From: Carcharhinus longimanus
Lineage: Eukaryota
Length of the DNA: 64,000 nucleotides
Assembly: GCA_030264375.1 (NCBI GenBank)
Contig: JASCQW010000112.1
Span: 40,907,899-40,971,898, forward strand
Reading direction: 5' to 3'
Part shown: positions 47,626 through 60,384 of the stretch, in pieces
Layout: the number at the start of each line of letters is the position of its first letter
Position numbering within the stretch: position 1 is the stretch's first letter
Notes under the pieces: generated by a model
Database searches by the model: none
What the model saw: the letters and a program-made list of their open reading frames with translations, nothing else
What the model was told of the DNA's origin: nothing
Program-made: the position numbers and the translations under genes

Positions 47626-50554
47626 TATCCCTAGATTCTTGACTGACAACGGAGTCAACCTAACCTATTTATACATACAAATGGAAATTGTGAAAAGCAT
47701 TAAATAAATACAAATCTTTCTTTATAACAGGGTTATTATTACAGTTCGATGCAACCACATACTTTATATTACAGACATTTGCATACTTATTTTTATTTTT
47801 GTTTGTTTCTTATGAATAATTACACTAACACTTAGTCATGTATTGCCAGGTGTTTCAAAGCCTCCAGGCGATGATCTTTCACTGCTTTGAAGTTAAGACT
47901 CAGCAACAAAATTCTCAGTATACCATTGTTTCCTGTTACAGATGCCAGTAAACCAACGTTGAGTGTGTATACTTGAAAGTCATTTTGTTTAAGCCACAGG
48001 ACCTCATAACGTTATTGATAACATAGTAAGTAGTTGCTGCATCTAACTGTAGACACTATTGATACTTTACAGATACGGTTTTTTAAAAAAAGTATTTAAT
48101 TATTTTGAGATAAACAGATGATGCAGATTGTGAATTCCTTTGTTCAAAGCATCGTTCATTTTGAAGATTGTTTTTAAGTCACAGAAATCGAGACTGAAAA
48201 GTGTGAAATTTATGTAGTTGTGGAGCTCCCCAAGCCAATTCCTGTCAAGTGTCGCGTTGAAAGGAGAGTATAGGTCAGCAGTATGAGTGTACAGAGAATA
48301 TTTTCCTTCTATTTCCTCATCTTCACTATTGAAAACAACAATATTTTAAAAACAATTACCCACCTGGTTCAATTTTTAAAAAATGACAGTTTCACTAAAG
48401 AGAAATGCTTATGAAATAATAATCAGATTTGTTAGTTTTATGGCAAGTAACCCCTTGTGTGTTAGTTTATTTTCTTTTGTTTGACACAGACCTTGTATAT
48501 GGCTAATATTTGCATTGTGACACTTTATCTGTTAATTCTCTGTTAGGTACAGGTTCTTATTAAGTGACTCACTTCTTTTGTTTCATTCTTAATTTGATAG
48601 ATGTCACAATTCCATGTATATTGTATATATTTTTAATGTTTTCCTCTTCCTTTTGTAAAAGCTCCAGGAGGAATTCTGTGACTGTTCAAAACACATGACC
48701 AGAAAAGAATGTTCTGGATGAACGTATCACAGGAATTTTAAATGTATTTGACAGCTAGCTGAATTATAATTCGGCTTTTCCACATGTTAAAATCTTGCTT
48801 AGTTGCGTCTATTCAAGCTGAGCGTATTATATATGCTCGAGTGGCCATTTATTGAATGGAGGAGGAGGGTGTTTGCTGGGAGAGGTTTGAATGTCAGTGT
48901 GATGGGAGAGCATAAATGAAGGAGGCTGAAATATCAGCTCTCTGATGTTTCTGTGGCTGGTCATCAGCCTGAAGAATCTCAGCTGTTCCTACTCGTGTAA
49001 ATCATGGGTATGGTTGCCTAGATACAGATGCATTTGATTAGCTTGTTCTTCCCTTGAGATTCTGCACCACCCTATTAATGGAAGACAGCAGCATTAGAAA
49101 GTGAGAAAAATGGCCTCCCATAAATGTATTTTTGTCTGCACTGAAGCTGCAACAAGAATGAAAAACATTGATGTGCACCCCCAGGCTGTCTTTATTATTC
49201 TAGAGCTGACATTGAGCGTAAACAGAGGATGACTCATCAGTCAGACAACAAATGTCACTGTCAGGCGTTATCTTTAACTGAGAATTCTAAACACCCACTT
49301 GTCATCTGCTGCACGTACAGATCTATGAATTCATTATCCTTCACCCTTGCATGGGGTGAACTGAGCCCAACAGGAGAATTGTTAAAAAAAAATGCAGATT
49401 TATTGTGGAGTAATTGCTGGCTGGTTTGAGGAAGAGGAAAATCTTTTTAGGTAAATCATGATCATCTGCACTAGGAGAGCACAATTTGCATTGTAATGGA
49501 AAAATGTGCGGGAGTAGTGTGCACCACTGGTATGCTTGTGGGACTGTGTAAACATGGAACACATGAATTACTGCAGCAGCTTTCATAATTTACACATTTT
49601 CTTCAAATAAAATGATCTTTGGTAACCTTCTGATTCCAGCTGCCTTTATTAAAAGAAAATGAAAAAACTGTGGAACAAAAGCTATGAGAGTTCAGTCCTT
49701 TGGGAGGCGAGATAGCTTTTTAAAACTGATAAAATAGCCAAAAAGTGTCCTGTTGTTAATTATGCAATGATGGGAATGCATTCAATTGTACGTGATCATG
49801 TTAAGCATTGCAGTAAAACATACAAAGGAAATAAATTTTATAAGATGCAAGTAAGAAAATAATACACAGCTATATAATTGGATTCCGTCCTGGAAAAAAA
49901 GTGCATGTCTTCGAATTATCAAGCTATTTAAAAAAAACTATTATCTTGCAATTTTATACTCTTAACACTTTCCTCTCTATTTATGCTTCTCCTCAGTCTG
50001 AAGGAGTAAATAGTTCACTTGTTTCCAGGCTTTAGTCTCTCTTGAGATGGAGCTTGGCAGCACTGAAGAGGTGGCTTACTCTCACTAGCTAGTTACCCCA
50101 AGCAGTATATTCCATAGCATAAAGTCATGTGTAAATCCATGTCAAACAATAACATAATGGCTTTGAAAATCCACGGGGCCGCTTCCTGGCACAAATGTCA
50201 GGATGTTCCCACCCATGACTATCATAATTGACCCCCAAGGTAATTTAAATTCTGTCATTTATTTCTCCCTGTGACCGGAAAAGAGAAATTGGAATATAAA
50301 TCCATTTTGGGTATTAGTCTAAAGCTGGTGCTAGTAATTGTCAGCCTGTTTTATTCTATTTTTCTCTTTTCAGTTCAGAATGTAGTTGCTCAAAAGTATC
50401 CAGCCCATATCCTAGATCATTCGCCTTCAATTTTCAAGTTGTTCAGACTTTGTTACTTTTCAAAATTTTTTTCCAGATCACATCCTAATTCCATGTTTCC
50501 TGAAAAAGCAGAAATGGGAAACTTATGCTATACCACCAGTTGCCTATTCACTCA

Positions 50555-50690
50555 CTGGGTGGAATTTTCTGACCCCATCATGGCAGGGTGGTGCCAAGCT
50601 CGGAAAATGCAGCAAGGCATTCAAACGTTCATTCAGTCCAGTGAGACTTGAAGATCCTGCTGGCAGGAGAGGCCGGAAAATTCTGGCTAG
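50555..50690. mobile_element. Short MITE-like element with imperfect terminal inverted repeats
   Basis: CTGGGTGGAATTTTCTGACC vs reverse complement of the end, CTAGCCAGAATTTTCCGGCC. Confidence 0.55.
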
Positions 50691-51303
50691 CTTCGTCTTT
50701 CAACAGGGATTACTTATCAGTGACTGTAAAAAAAAAGGCAAGATGTTATAAATGTGTTTACATCGTACCTTTTGGATACTGGAGTTGTGTGCTGAAATCT
50801 TTTTCCATGGTCATCACTGCCTTTGTTCTCTGTTCTTGAGCTTCAGCCCTGTCTGTTTATTCAAGTACCTCACTATGTCAGCCCCCGATGACATTGTTCA
50901 AGGAAGAACATTTCTTTCATGTCTCCATTGCTGAATATGAAACAAACCCAACATTTTGCCACATCTCAGGTTCCCTTTTCACAATGCTATAAAATCTTGA
51001 CAACCCAACGCTGCTGCTGTCAAATCCCAAAATTTTATCTCCTGTGCCACCAAAGCTGAATATTCCTGTCCCCAGCACTGCTGAATACCAGATATCTATT
51101 CATAGCCATGCCTTTCTTGCATACCCTTCTGTTTTTTGTTCTCAGTTTCAAAATGAAATGCGTAGGTAAAGGATGATGGATGTAAAAAATAAAAATCCTC
51201 GAATCCTAAATAATACTAATAGAATTTGATTTGTCACTGTAGGTAAATTGTGCGTTATACACATAACATTATTCTCGTTTCAAGACCATGCACTACATGA
51301 TAC

Positions 51304-51895
51304 ATTGGGTTAAATTTCAAAATGGCCATGGAGTTGAGACTGGTGGTAGAAGGGCCCAAGGTTTTTTGTCACCACTCAGCATGCTGGTTTTTGCCATCAT
51401 CCTGCCTCTGGGTCATTTTCATTCTGGGAAGACTGGAGGCAGGGGGCAGTAATAGTAAGTGGACCCCAACGTGGCCCAAGGCCTAAGGAGACCAGTGTTC
51501 CATCCACCTAGAAAACCCCCAAATCCATCAAAGTTGTTGGACTGTAGCTGCTGCTGCTGGGGGCTGGCAACTTTGACCTTTTTCTAATGCTGAAAATATT
51601 TTCATTCACTCTTGAGGCACCTTCTCCCTCTCTCTCTCTCTCTCTCTCTTTCCACCCAGATCAGCGGATGGGAGGAGTGCTGACTTGTGAGGCCCAAAGG
51701 ATCTCCTGTTGGCCCTCCAGCCTCGGGGAGCCCTGCCTCCAGCCTTATTTGGACAGTGAGAGTACACTCTGGCCACTAATTGACCTTTATTTAAAACTCA
51801 TTTTGAATGTTGGGCACTGATGTGATGGAAGATCAGGATACTGGACCTTCACCTGACCCCAGGGTCTTGACTTCAGAGCAAAAATTCAGCCCAAT
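51304..51895. mobile_element. ~590-bp MITE-like non-autonomous DNA transposon containing a (CT)n run at 51628-51649
   Basis: ATTGGGTTAAATTT at the left end vs ATTGGGCTGAATTT (reverse complement of the right end), 12/14; GC-richer interior. Confidence 0.55.
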
Positions 51896-52244
51896 ATGAG
51901 TAACACTGAGTGACCTTGTTGCATTTAAAAATGGAACTATGAAACAAGGATTGTTTGAGGCTACATTCAATCTCTTTTCTGCTCAGGTTTTATAAACCTT
52001 TCAGATTCTGCTCTTGTGGTTTATGACATCACCATAACTGCTCAGTTGAATTACTCCCAACCATCTGTTATAACAGTGATTGTCCATTCCAGCCTTGTTT
52101 AAACTAATTTCCTGTAGTGTTGCTCATCGGTAGTTTGAGGTCACTGTTTTATGTATGTTATCTGCATAGAGCTAATGTTGCCATTTTATTTCTCAACAAA
52201 TTGCAGTTATCCCTTGAGAGCTTCTTTTATGTCTGAGCAAACTT

Positions 52245-52648
52245 AGAGAATTTAACTTAATTCTTAGGATGTGGTCATTACTGATAGGGCTGGAAATCTT
52301 AATTGTCCTGGGAAGATGACGGCAGGTCCTGTTGTTCAAGTGCTGTCTCTAGTGGTTTGATACAACTGTGCACCTTGCTATGTCATGCTTCAGAGGCCTT
52401 ACTGTGGTACTGTTGTCACGTAGAATGGCAATTTTTATTTTCTCTCCCTAAAAGATATCAATTAACCAGCTGGGTTTTTAAGATCATTCTCATGGCCACT
52501 TTTATTGATACCAGTTTTGTATTTCCAATTTTTTAAAAAATTGAAGTCAAATTGTTAAACAACAGTGGTAGGATTTGAACTCCTGTTCAGTGGATTATTG
52601 AACCAGGCCTGTAAATAACCAGGTCAGTAACGTAATCATTACACCGTC
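52245..52648 (-). mobile_element. tRNA-head SINE related to 30730-31258 and 32090-32407
   Basis: GGATTTGAACT (B box, reversed) at ~52571; GGATGTGG tail remnant at ~52267. Confidence 0.55.
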
Positions 52649-53261
52649 ATGTCCAATTTCTGATACTTAAGGATTGACTTTAGGCTGAAGTCCAACAGGG
52701 TTCTGGGTGGTAATTGTAGAAGACTACTTCACTTTATATGTGTCCTTAGAGGAACATATTTTTACGTTCCAGTCAGCAGTTTTGGGATCCATGTTGGAGA
52801 GTTGCTTTATCATCTCCCCAAGTCTGTAGCTTTTTAATGTTTCTCCCTGACTTTCTTAGTGCCTCAAATTTTTCTTTTTCTGTTTATATCTTACTGTCTC
52901 TCTGTTTCTATTTTTCTTTTGTTTTGCTTTTTATTTCATCTGTGCCTATTTGACCTTGCCTTCCTCTGCTCTATTCTTGTCTTCTTTACCAACTTTATCT
53001 TTTTGTGTTTTTTCTCTTCCTTTTTCTGTTACTTTTTCTCTAATTATTTTTCTTAATTTCTTGCAGCAGAGTGTTTTCTCTGGAGGAAAAAAATGAGGTT
53101 GAAGAACAGCATTGTGAAATGGTCTCCTGTATACAGTGGAACTTGGAATAGGAAAAGCAATTGGAGCTAAGGCTGATGGAGGCATTGGAATGGAAAATAG
53201 TTCCCAAGAGTGTGGCCAGGAAGAAGTAAAACATGTTTAGTGATGTGACATGAGTTGAAAG

Positions 53262-53561
53262 GACAGTAGGACTAGGGGGCACAGCCTCAAGATAAAGGGG
53301 GGGCGGTTTAGAGCGGAGTTGAGGAGGAACTTCTTCACTCAAAGGGTGGTGAATCTCTGGAATTCTCTGCCCGTTGAAGTGGTGGAGGCTNNNNNNNNNN
53401 NNNNNNNNNNNNNNNNNNNNNNNNNNNNNNNNNNNNNNNNNNNNNNNNNNNNNNNNNNNNNNNNNNNNNNNNNNNNNNNNNNNNNNNNNNCTTATTGAAT
53501 GGCGGGGCAGGCTCGAAGGGCTAGATGGCCTACTCCTGCTCCTATTTCTTATGTTCTTATG
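53262..53561 (+). mobile_element. Young CR1 3' insertion with probable TSD TGAAAG
   Basis: SRTRGHSLKIKGGRFRAELRRNFFTQRVVNLWNSLPVEVVEA frame; tail matches 30971-31042; TGAAAG at 53256-53261 and 53560-53565. Confidence 0.9.
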
Positions 53562-54457
53562 AAAGAGTAAGAGAGTTCACAAAATTAATGAAGCTACAGA
53601 GTAGATTCCATAAGAACAGGAGAGGTCACTCAGCCCTTGAGCCTGTTCCGTTGATTCAGATCTACTTGATGATCAAGTGGTGCAGTTGTGAGTTCAAGTA
53701 GGTATCAGAAAATTGAGTGGTAATTCTTGATATGAGCATTTCCCATTATAATCTTTTATGTAAGAGTGTGACCAGAAGACATGACATTTGGAAATAAAGG
53801 TTTTGAATACAAAATATGTAGCTTACATGAGACAGTTAATGTATTATACATGGGCTCAGACTTTGAGGTTGCAAAGATGGTGAGACTGTCAGTGTTCACT
53901 GTCATTACAACTGTAAAGGTGACAGAAATTTCTTGCATCCACATACGTGAAACACAGAAGCCCAGAAGGTGTTTCAGTGATTCCATGCACATCCATGGGT
54001 GTGCTGTTGAAGTTCCCACAAATAGGGCAGAATTTGATAGTTCCGTGTTGGCAGGTTTGCAAGTGCCGGGGGAGAGTCGTAACATTTTTCCTGGAGGCCT
54101 TCACTCCACGACCTGTCCACAATCTTAGAGGGGGTTTGCCCAGTTGAGGCCCTTAAGAGCTTCTTCTTGTCCAGCCTCAATATTTAGGCTAGTGAGAGCA
54201 GTTCAGGAATAGCGGGGAGGGGGCAACCTGGTAGGTTAACTGGGCTGTGAATGGGGGAGTAGGGGTGGAACCTTCTACAAGGGCCCGTTTCTACGTTCAC
54301 CTGGCCCGGAGACCAGGACTGCTTGTAATCCCAGTTCTGGCCAGTATTGATACTGGTACTGCTGGGACTACAGTTCCGCTGCCCAATCAGATTGGCCAAG
54401 CAAGCAGTGGCAGTCCCATCTTAAGCCAATTAATGCCTCTGGGAACATTAAATGGCC

Positions 54458-54529
54458 ATGATGTGGGTATGCCGGCGTTGGACTGGCGTAAACACAGTAA
54501 AAAGTCTGACAACACCAGGTTTTAGTCCA
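54458..54529. mobile_element. Penelope-like terminal repeat running into a 416-N gap
   Basis: GATGTGGGTATGCCGGCGTTGGACTGGCGTAAACACAGTAAAAAGTC is close to the reverse complement of 36330-36494 with the gap removed. Confidence 0.6.
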
Positions 54530-54945
54530 NNNNNNNNNNNNNNNNNNNNNNNNNNNNNNNNNNNNNNNNNNNNNNNNNNNNNNNNNNNNNNNNNNNNNNN
54601 NNNNNNNNNNNNNNNNNNNNNNNNNNNNNNNNNNNNNNNNNNNNNNNNNNNNNNNNNNNNNNNNNNNNNNNNNNNNNNNNNNNNNNNNNNNNNNNNNNNN
54701 NNNNNNNNNNNNNNNNNNNNNNNNNNNNNNNNNNNNNNNNNNNNNNNNNNNNNNNNNNNNNNNNNNNNNNNNNNNNNNNNNNNNNNNNNNNNNNNNNNNN
54801 NNNNNNNNNNNNNNNNNNNNNNNNNNNNNNNNNNNNNNNNNNNNNNNNNNNNNNNNNNNNNNNNNNNNNNNNNNNNNNNNNNNNNNNNNNNNNNNNNNNN
54901 NNNNNNNNNNNNNNNNNNNNNNNNNNNNNNNNNNNNNNNNNNNNN

Positions 54946-55022
54946 TGCAGCAAGACCTCCCTGCTTTTATATTCTATCCCCCTCGCTATAAAGGCCAGCA
55001 TTCCATTCGCCTTCTTGATCAC
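54946..55022 (-). mobile_element. CR1 ORF2 fragment at the gap edge
   Basis: Undecayed frame IKKANGMLAFIARGIEYKSREVLL. Confidence 0.85.
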
Positions 55023-56689
55023 ATGGGGGTGGGTGAGATGGGTTTGATGATCAAGAGTGGAGGGGAGCCCCTGAGACCTCTGTGGTGGGCTGAATGGAGG
55101 TTTATACAGATTATGATCAGCACACCTTGATGAGCTCTGAGCACCAGGGTTTTGCCAACGTATTTAGGCTCCACCCTGCTGCAAGTTGGCGTGAAACACG
55201 CCCCCTTGATTTTTTTTAGCGGAGTGTCTTAAGATTTGGAGAGAAAACTGACCTGTTTCTTGTTGGTTTTCTTGCCAGAAACAACACACTGCCAGTTTTT
55301 GTAAGATTTAGCTCCATGTTCTGGTGCCCTGTGAGGTGGATTCTACTACACCTTAAATAATGTGATTTGAATAATCAAAGCAGTTTAGCTATTACAGGCA
55401 TGGTTACTCCAGATGAGAGAATCATAGAATTGTTAGAATGCAGGAGGCCATGTCTGCGCCGACTCTCCAAAAATCATCGCACCCAAGGCCTGGGTCCCGG
55501 GCTCTGTGAGACAACAGTTAAGCACTGTGCCACTATACTGCCCTTGGGAACTGATCTTTTTCAGTAGACTCAGAAATTAATAAGAGCAATTTTCATTTTA
55601 CTACAGTTAGCAGTAAACTTGAGCAGCTTCTACAAGCAATGTTGTTCTTCAATTCAAGTAACTCTGCAGTAGCATTTTTTACTGTGAAGCTTGAAGGGTA
55701 ATTGCTAGTAAGTAACCATATGCAAATTATGACTGTAATTCTTACAGTAGCTACAGTGCTTATTAAATCTAAAAATAACTGTGAATTCATTGTGCTTTTT
55801 GAAAATTTTGTGATATGAAATTATTTGTTTATAGTGTGAAATGAAGTGGCAAATCAATAATGCTGCCTTGAAGGCACTGTGAAATTCACGTACATTTTTA
55901 TTGCAAATTATTATTGCACTTTGAGCTGTATATTTAAACATTTCTTTCAGTTATATACTGCTTTTTATTTGTAGGATTTCTACAGTTTGACTCGAGTGGC
56001 TTTAATGTATTTATGAAGTCAAGCTTCTGTGCATATTTATATGTAAAACCGTGTCTTGGATTAGATTCGGAAAAAAGAGAAGGTTCTGTAAGACTCTATC
56101 CTAGAGTTTATAATTCTTTGATATGTCTTCTTCAGTAAACTAGATAAAGGCAAGTAAAAGAAAGGAACATATCTAATAGGTCAAATGTTTTCTTGTTCAA
56201 AAATTGTTTTTTTTAATAGATTTGTTTTTCAAATGGTCCATTTTCCAGGAGAGTAAACTATTGACCAAATGGAAGAGTATTTAAAGTTGTTTTTTAGCTG
56301 CATCTGTTCTACCTTGCTTTTAAGAATGAGCTACAATCAGCTGGATACTCGTTGAGTAAGACGATATTGTAAATGCTCTTTATTATGACTTCTGACCTCC
56401 TACTTTCAAGGGGCTAACTTTTCATGGCGCTGACCTATGCGGATTCAAATGACTCCTTACGTTTCCATGTCGCTAGGTTGTTTTTTATTGGTCTTTGATC
56501 CTAATCAGAGGCCTCTGAGACAGGAGAATGCTGCTTGACTATTACTGAATTTTTCAGTCTCTCATATTCCATTCTGCATGAAAAATCTGCAGGCATTACT
56601 GCTGAAAATTTTGGTTTTCCTGTGGATATGTTCTTTCATCAGTCTTTGGTCTAACACTTTGGTTTAGAAGGTCTCTGGTACATGACTAA

Positions 56690-57630
56690 TTAGTTAGGCA
56701 TCCGTGCGTTTCAGAAGATGATGGACTGTGCCGAAGGTGTATGTCACTTCTGTGTTGATCATTGTGAATTGTAGCTGTATAGGTCAAATTGTGAGTGGCA
56801 GTCCCTTCTGCTGCTGGCACAGATAATAGTGTTAGCCAGGGCTTGGCTGATAGTTACATCCAGTGGGTGCTCTTTTCTGCCATCTGGTCATTTTCTTTAC
56901 CCTGTGCTTTTTCTGTGCCCTTCCTGACTGCTCATTTTCAAGCATTCTGGTCAGCAGTGGGGACTTCAATTCTAATCCTGGTCAACCTTGTTGGTGTATC
57001 CCCATGTTTGACACTCTGTCTTGACGGGAGATACCAGATATTCATCTGAAGCAGAGGAGGTGGAAGCTGTTCAGCCATTTTTCTTGGCTTGGATAAGTTG
57101 TTCCTGTCTCACAACTATAGAGAGGGTGCTGAGAACACAAGGCTGGTTAATGTGGAGCTTTATATTTTCATTTAGTTTGCTGTTGGTCCACACTTGCCTT
57201 TTCAACTGTGACATGACAGCAGTGGCCTTGGCAATCCAGTTGCTGATTGTTGTATTGAGGTAAAGGTTACATCATGGCCTATAACTTGGCTCCTCTTGAT
57301 AATTGTTATTGCAAGACTCTTTGCAGGCCCAGAGAACCAATCTATAAATTATTGCAAGTGAACTTCAGTTTGGGACATTGCCTGGCATCAGCAGCAAACA
57401 GTAACTCAGAGTAGGACATTACGCACTTTGGCCTTGATGTGCAGTCTTGCCATGTTGAACAGCATTATCAGTCCTGACATGCAGGTAGACATCCTCATTT
57501 GAATCACTGCAAGCGTACAATAGCAGCATGGTGAAAGATATGCCAAAGAGAGTTGGTGCCAGGACATGGCCTTGCTTTACCTCACTGCTGAACTTGGAAG
57601 CATCATGTCCATAAGACATGAAAGAGATCA
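56690..57630 (-). mobile_element. Decayed RTE-clade LINE
   Basis: Minus strand: EVKQGHVLAPTLFGISFTMLL...VYLHVRTD (RTE RT) and IAKATAVMSQLKRQVWTNSKL...CVLSTL. Confidence 0.85.
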
Positions 57631-57635
57631 TAAAG

Positions 57636-58564
57636 TGTATATATCAAATCTTTCTACTTATTAAAAAGATAAAATGACTTTTCTGGATCAAAAACTTGGC
57701 TGCTATGGGTCACATGATTTGTAAGTTGCTGATAGTTCTGGGAACTTCCAATAATAATTATAGGACAAAGCTCAACACTCATCTTTGTGGAATCTCATCC
57801 CTATCATTATGTGGGATGAGATGATTTTACACTCAATGACACAAGGGAGTAGAGAATAGATGGCAACCATCTATATCACTGATCACTGGATTTTGACCAG
57901 AGACATAGAAACTGATTGTTAACCTGAAACTGACTCGCCAGTGAATAACACCACACAATCTAAGCTCTTTTGGCCTTTGGAATGTTTATCCATTACATTC
58001 CTGGACTCGTGGGGCAGTCTGCTCTTAACATCCAGTCTGTCAACACCAAAGCAGGACTCTAGGCTGGCAACAAAACCTGTCTCAAGTCTAAATTTGCTTG
58101 AAGCCTAGTTCACTAGAAGATTCCTGCCATCAGATCATATGCTAACCTCACCTTTCTGCATCATCCTCAACTTTGAAGGAATTGGCAATTCCTACTTTCA
58201 GCCAGCTGAACCCTCTGAACCCTTATTAGACTCTGATATTCTGGACTCTAACATTCACATGAATTAATGTTCTTATCTTTGTTTTTTGTTCCAAGGTATT
58301 CTTGCTTTCCTTTCCAACCTCTTGTGTGCTTCTGTGTGTATGTGATTGTGATGACCATCCTCCGGGTTTGAATATTTGAATAAACAATACTTATCACTTA
58401 ACCTGAAAGAGAACTTGTTACGAGTCAGTTCAAAATTGAGTTCTCAAACAGATGGTTTGGGGAAACGTGCCACAGTCTATTTCAAAAATTAAATCACCTC
58501 TGCTTATAGGCAGACAGTGCAAAAATAAAGGACTTCAGTTTGCAACTCACCCCTGTCTGTAGCA
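57636..58564 (+). mobile_element. Possible solo LTR
   Basis: TG...CA ends, AAAG/GAAG flanks, internal AATAAA at 58379; layout shared with 59424-60384. Confidence 0.35.
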
Positions 58565-58701
58565 GAAGTCTTCTGAAACTGTACATATTCTCACACAAAC
58601 AAGAAATAACACCCAAGAGTCCAGCCTGGAAGTCTATTTTACGCAGCAGTTCAGAGAGTCCATCTTTGCTGACAAGGTCAAAGGCTTAGTGAGGTACATG
58701 A

Positions 58702-59033
58702 GGCACTGTGGTTAACACTTTTTCACAGCGCCAGAAACCCGGGTTCGATTCTGGCATTGGGTGACTGTCTTGAGTGGAGTTTGCATTTTCTCCCCGTGTC
58801 TGCATGGGTTTCCTCCAGGTGCTTTGGTTTCCTCTTTCAGTCCAAAGATGCGCAAGTTAGGTGGATTGACCATAATAAATTGCTCCTTAGTGTCCCAAAA
58901 GGTGTAGGTTAGGGGATTAGCAGAGTAAATATGTGGGGTTACGGGAATAGGGCCTGGATGAGATGCTCTGTTGAGAGTTGGTGCAGACTTGATGGGCTGA
59001 ATGGCTGCTTTCATTACTGTAGGGATTTTATGA
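58702..59033 (+). mobile_element. Full-length HE1-like V-SINE
   Basis: tRNA head (B box GGTTCGATTCT), V domain, CR1-type tail GACTTGATGGGCTGAATGGC...TGTAGGGATTTTATGA. Confidence 0.9.
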
Positions 59034-59423
59034 ATTAGGAAAAGATTGCCTTATGGGTTAATGAGGTGCTGTTTAGGATTATGGCGATAGTGCCAACTCA
59101 GGCCCCACCCCCTTGGCTTTGCCCCAGCACTCATGTCAGGGTGACTGGTCAGCACTGCATGTGCCAGGTGGATACTATGGATACTGCCCAGCCATGCTGC
59201 TGACCACCCAGTGATTTCAATGGCCTCTGAGTCCCCTGGCGTACACCTGGGACTTGCACCTGTTTTCCACTTGTGGGAGTTGGGAGAATTCTTATGTCGG
59301 ATTGGCTATGCATATTTAAATGCTACTTATTTAAATATGCTAATCAGCTTCATGCTCTTTCTGGGCATGATCATTTTGTGTCATTAGAAAGGGACTAATG
59401 CGGACAATGGAATACATTGATAC

Positions 59424-60384
59424 TGTTGTTGCATGACTGCAACTGACTGGAGAGGGAGCTGATACCTTATTCATTCCCAAAGAAAGCCCAGCAAGCAAGC
59501 TAGAACAAGCACATCAGAAAGCAAGATCTTGCCCAGAAAAAAGGAAAAGCCCTGCGTTATAAAGAAAACCATCTCAGGCAATGAAGAGGCATTAATTTGT
59601 TTAACCTACAAGATTATATCACTTCCCTACAGAGGTATAAGCTACAATCTTGACTGAAAAATGAGAAATCTCCATTCTTGAGGAACCAGGAGAGAATCCT
59701 TGAACCACATAATGTTTTCAATCGTTATCTTAAGGGCTACAAAGAAATTACCTGTTTCTATTACCCCTTCTAGTAATCTAAGTTCATGTCACATCTTTAG
59801 AAGTTACACTTTCTTGTGTGTGTTCCTGTGTATGTATGACTGTGTATTTGGGGAATGGGGGTTTGTTGTGTTTACATTTTGGACATTGTGAAAATAAATG
59901 TAATTTTGATTTAAATTTACAAGAAAGCCTGCTTGTGCCTATTCTTTACATTCACAGCACTCAAGGGGTTAAAACACTCTGCTGAAAATACGTCCTGTTG
60001 TCATCATTGGGAAAGGGACGAAAATTACCCGGAGAGCCAGTGGATGTGGTCTTTCTTGATTTTCAGAAGGCGTTTGACAAGGTACCTCACAAGAGGTTAT
60101 TGCAGAANNNNNNNNNNNNNNNNNNNNNNNNNNNNNNNNNNNNNNNNNNNNNNNNNNNNNNNNNNNNNNNNNNNNNNNNNNNNNNNNNNNNNNNNNNNNN
60201 NNNNNNNGCCATGATCTTATTGAATGGCGGGGCAGGCTCGAAGGGCTAGATGGCCTACTCCTACTCCTATTTCTTATGTTCTTACATATCCCCAACCATC
60301 ACAATTACCAAGACAGGGAAGAAGTGGATAGCAGAATCTGGATGAGTTAGATTTTGTTTATGCTGGGTGGTGGCTGTAGCAACA
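59424..60384 (+). mobile_element. Possible solo LTR hosting a young CR1 insertion
   Basis: Ends TGTTGTTGCA ... TGTAGCAACA (8/10 inverted); AATAAA at ~59893; no clear TSD. Confidence 0.35.
60031..60284 (+). mobile_element. Young CR1 insertion; RT interior collapsed into an N gap
   Basis: GEPVDVVFLDFQKAFDKVPHKRLLQ before the gap; tail nearly identical to 53491-53561. Confidence 0.9.

Noticed and set aside
52859-53056. Hydrophobic Phe/Leu-rich 65-aa ORF resembling a membrane peptide
   Set aside because: Translation of a T/C-rich low-complexity tract.
53781-54128. 115-aa ORF with a faint GIY-YIG-like stretch (HIRETQKPRRCF)
   Set aside because: Key motif residues are absent and the ORF runs into a MITE-like repeat; not supportable.
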